DNA from: a virus
Strand: one strand, 5' to 3'
DNA: 64,000 nt
Virus record (IMG/VR): IMGVR_UViG_3300028008_001363
Location: 35,857 to 99,856 of that record
Part shown: one piece after another, positions 63,335-64,000 of the stretch
Position numbering within the stretch: the first letter of the stretch is position 1
Layout of the letters: every line of letters starts with the position of its first letter
Notes under the pieces: model-generated
Database searches by the model: none
What the model was told of the DNA's origin: nothing
The model's input: the letters and a program-made list of their open reading frames with translations, nothing else
Position numbers and translations under genes: made by a program

Positions 63335-63562
63335 CTAATATCCTGCTTTTTGGATATTCTTAACAACTTCATCTGATAATTTAATTGACTGAGGTACAGT
63401 TTTATTGTCTGCGTCTCTTTCACGCACTATGTCTCTCACATGCGTAAATGGACTCATTGGTGGTAATGGACTGGGCCTAGAATGGTTTGCTTTACTCTTC
63501 TTCGATAGAGTTAAGTCCCTTATTTTTCCTAGTATCTCTTTAATTTGTTCTTTTGTTGGCAT
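63335..63562 (-). CDS. Small hypothetical protein
   Basis: 75 aa; AATAAATA late-like box at 63620-63627 upstream. Confidence 0.5.
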   Translation of the reverse strand: MPTKEQIKEILGKIRDLTLSKKSKANHSRPSPLPPMSPFTHVRDIVRERDADNKTVPQSIKLSDEVVKNIQKAGY

Positions 63563-63655
63563 TTCTAAACCCAGTTAATTGTTGCGGTATTTTATTCCGC
63601 TGTCTAGTTGTTGTAATTGTATTTATTATTAATTTTAAAACTACTGAGTTAATGA

Positions 63656-64000
63656 TTAGTTTTTATAAGTTTTAAGCAACTCTCTTATGGGACGGGTAAG
63701 TTCTTTAATATTGCTTAATGGCTCTTCGTTTATAATCTCACACAATTTTAAATATTCAGATTCAACATCCATTATAATTTTACTAATATCAATAGTATGA
63801 GCATTGTCTCCATATCTCCACACATTATCTTTAACCCAAGGAAATTGTTTATTGAACCACAATTCTTCCCAATCAGATTTGTCGTTTTCTTCTCTATTTT
63901 GTTGTACGCCCCAAGCCACCCATCTATTTAATATTTCATGTTTTAAGAATAAAGAAGTATTGCTTAATACAGGAACAATAATTGACTTTGGTTGAACTTG
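63656..64000 (-). CDS. Hypothetical protein, 5'-truncated by window edge
   Basis: Frame is open from 64000 to the stop at 63656. Confidence 0.55.
   Translation of the reverse strand, partial: QVQPKSIIVPVLSNTSLFLKHEILNRWVAWGVQQNREENDKSDWEELWFNKQFPWVKDNVWRYGDNAHTIDISKIIMDVESEYLKLCEIINEEPLSNIKELTRPIRELLKTYKN

Noticed and set aside
238-63995. Many short antisense or alternative-frame ORFs in the track (e.g. 6147-6674, 11457-11909, 27034-27381, 29242-29424, 37053-37697, 62218-62643)
   Set aside because: They overlap well-supported genes, lack RBS or motifs, and look like codon-bias shadows.
1-64000. Bacterial chromosome origin suggested by metK, apt, fabF, iscU/iscA, rpmG, folA
   Set aside because: These genes are isolated from their normal operons and sit among T4-like PolB, clamp, RNase H and late-promoter boxes; they are best read as phage auxiliary genes.
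1-64000. tRNA, rRNA, CRISPR array, IS/transposase, integrase
   Set aside because: Intergenic gaps are short. No cloverleaf, regularly spaced repeat-spacer pattern or transposase/integrase motif was recognised by eye; tRNAscan and a CRISPR finder would confirm.
1-64000. Stop-codon reassignment, as seen in some large phages
   Set aside because: Conserved genes are full length in the standard code, and TAA, TGA and TAG all end genes at sensible positions.

Overview
This AT-rich (roughly one-third GC by eye), gene-dense 64 kb window is best read as part of a large T4-like (Tevenvirinae-distant, jumbo-type) dsDNA bacteriophage genome, not a bacterial chromosome. Evidence: a family-B DNA polymerase with a C-terminal clamp-binding tail, a gp45-like clamp, a T4 RNase H-like nuclease, T4-late-like (G/T)ATAAATA boxes and repeated TTGACA/TATACT promoters. 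Plus strand 1-34.3 kb: putative capsid-targeted, protease-processed head proteins; replication genes; apt-metK; a PMM-like HAD; a promoter-delimited cassette region (MoxR ATPase, an adenylate ligase / halogenase-like / GNAT / FabF operon, an HD (p)ppGpp-hydrolase-like protein, a vWA peptidase); HNH; and a DHFR ending in an SSB-like DDDIPF tail. Minus strand 34.3-62.6 kb: a large tailoring-enzyme block. It holds 10 of the 12 radical SAM enzymes in the window, 2 QueC-like PP-loop ATPases, 3 methyltransferase-like paralogs, a multi-repeat glycosyltransferase-like protein, a carbamoyltransferase, an SGNH protein, 2OG-Fe(II) oxygenases, a PLP enzyme, thyX and iscA/iscU, plus a ribosomal protein bL33 gene missed by the ORF track. 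No tRNA, rRNA, CRISPR array or IS element was recognised. All calls come from motif reading by eye; no database searches were run.
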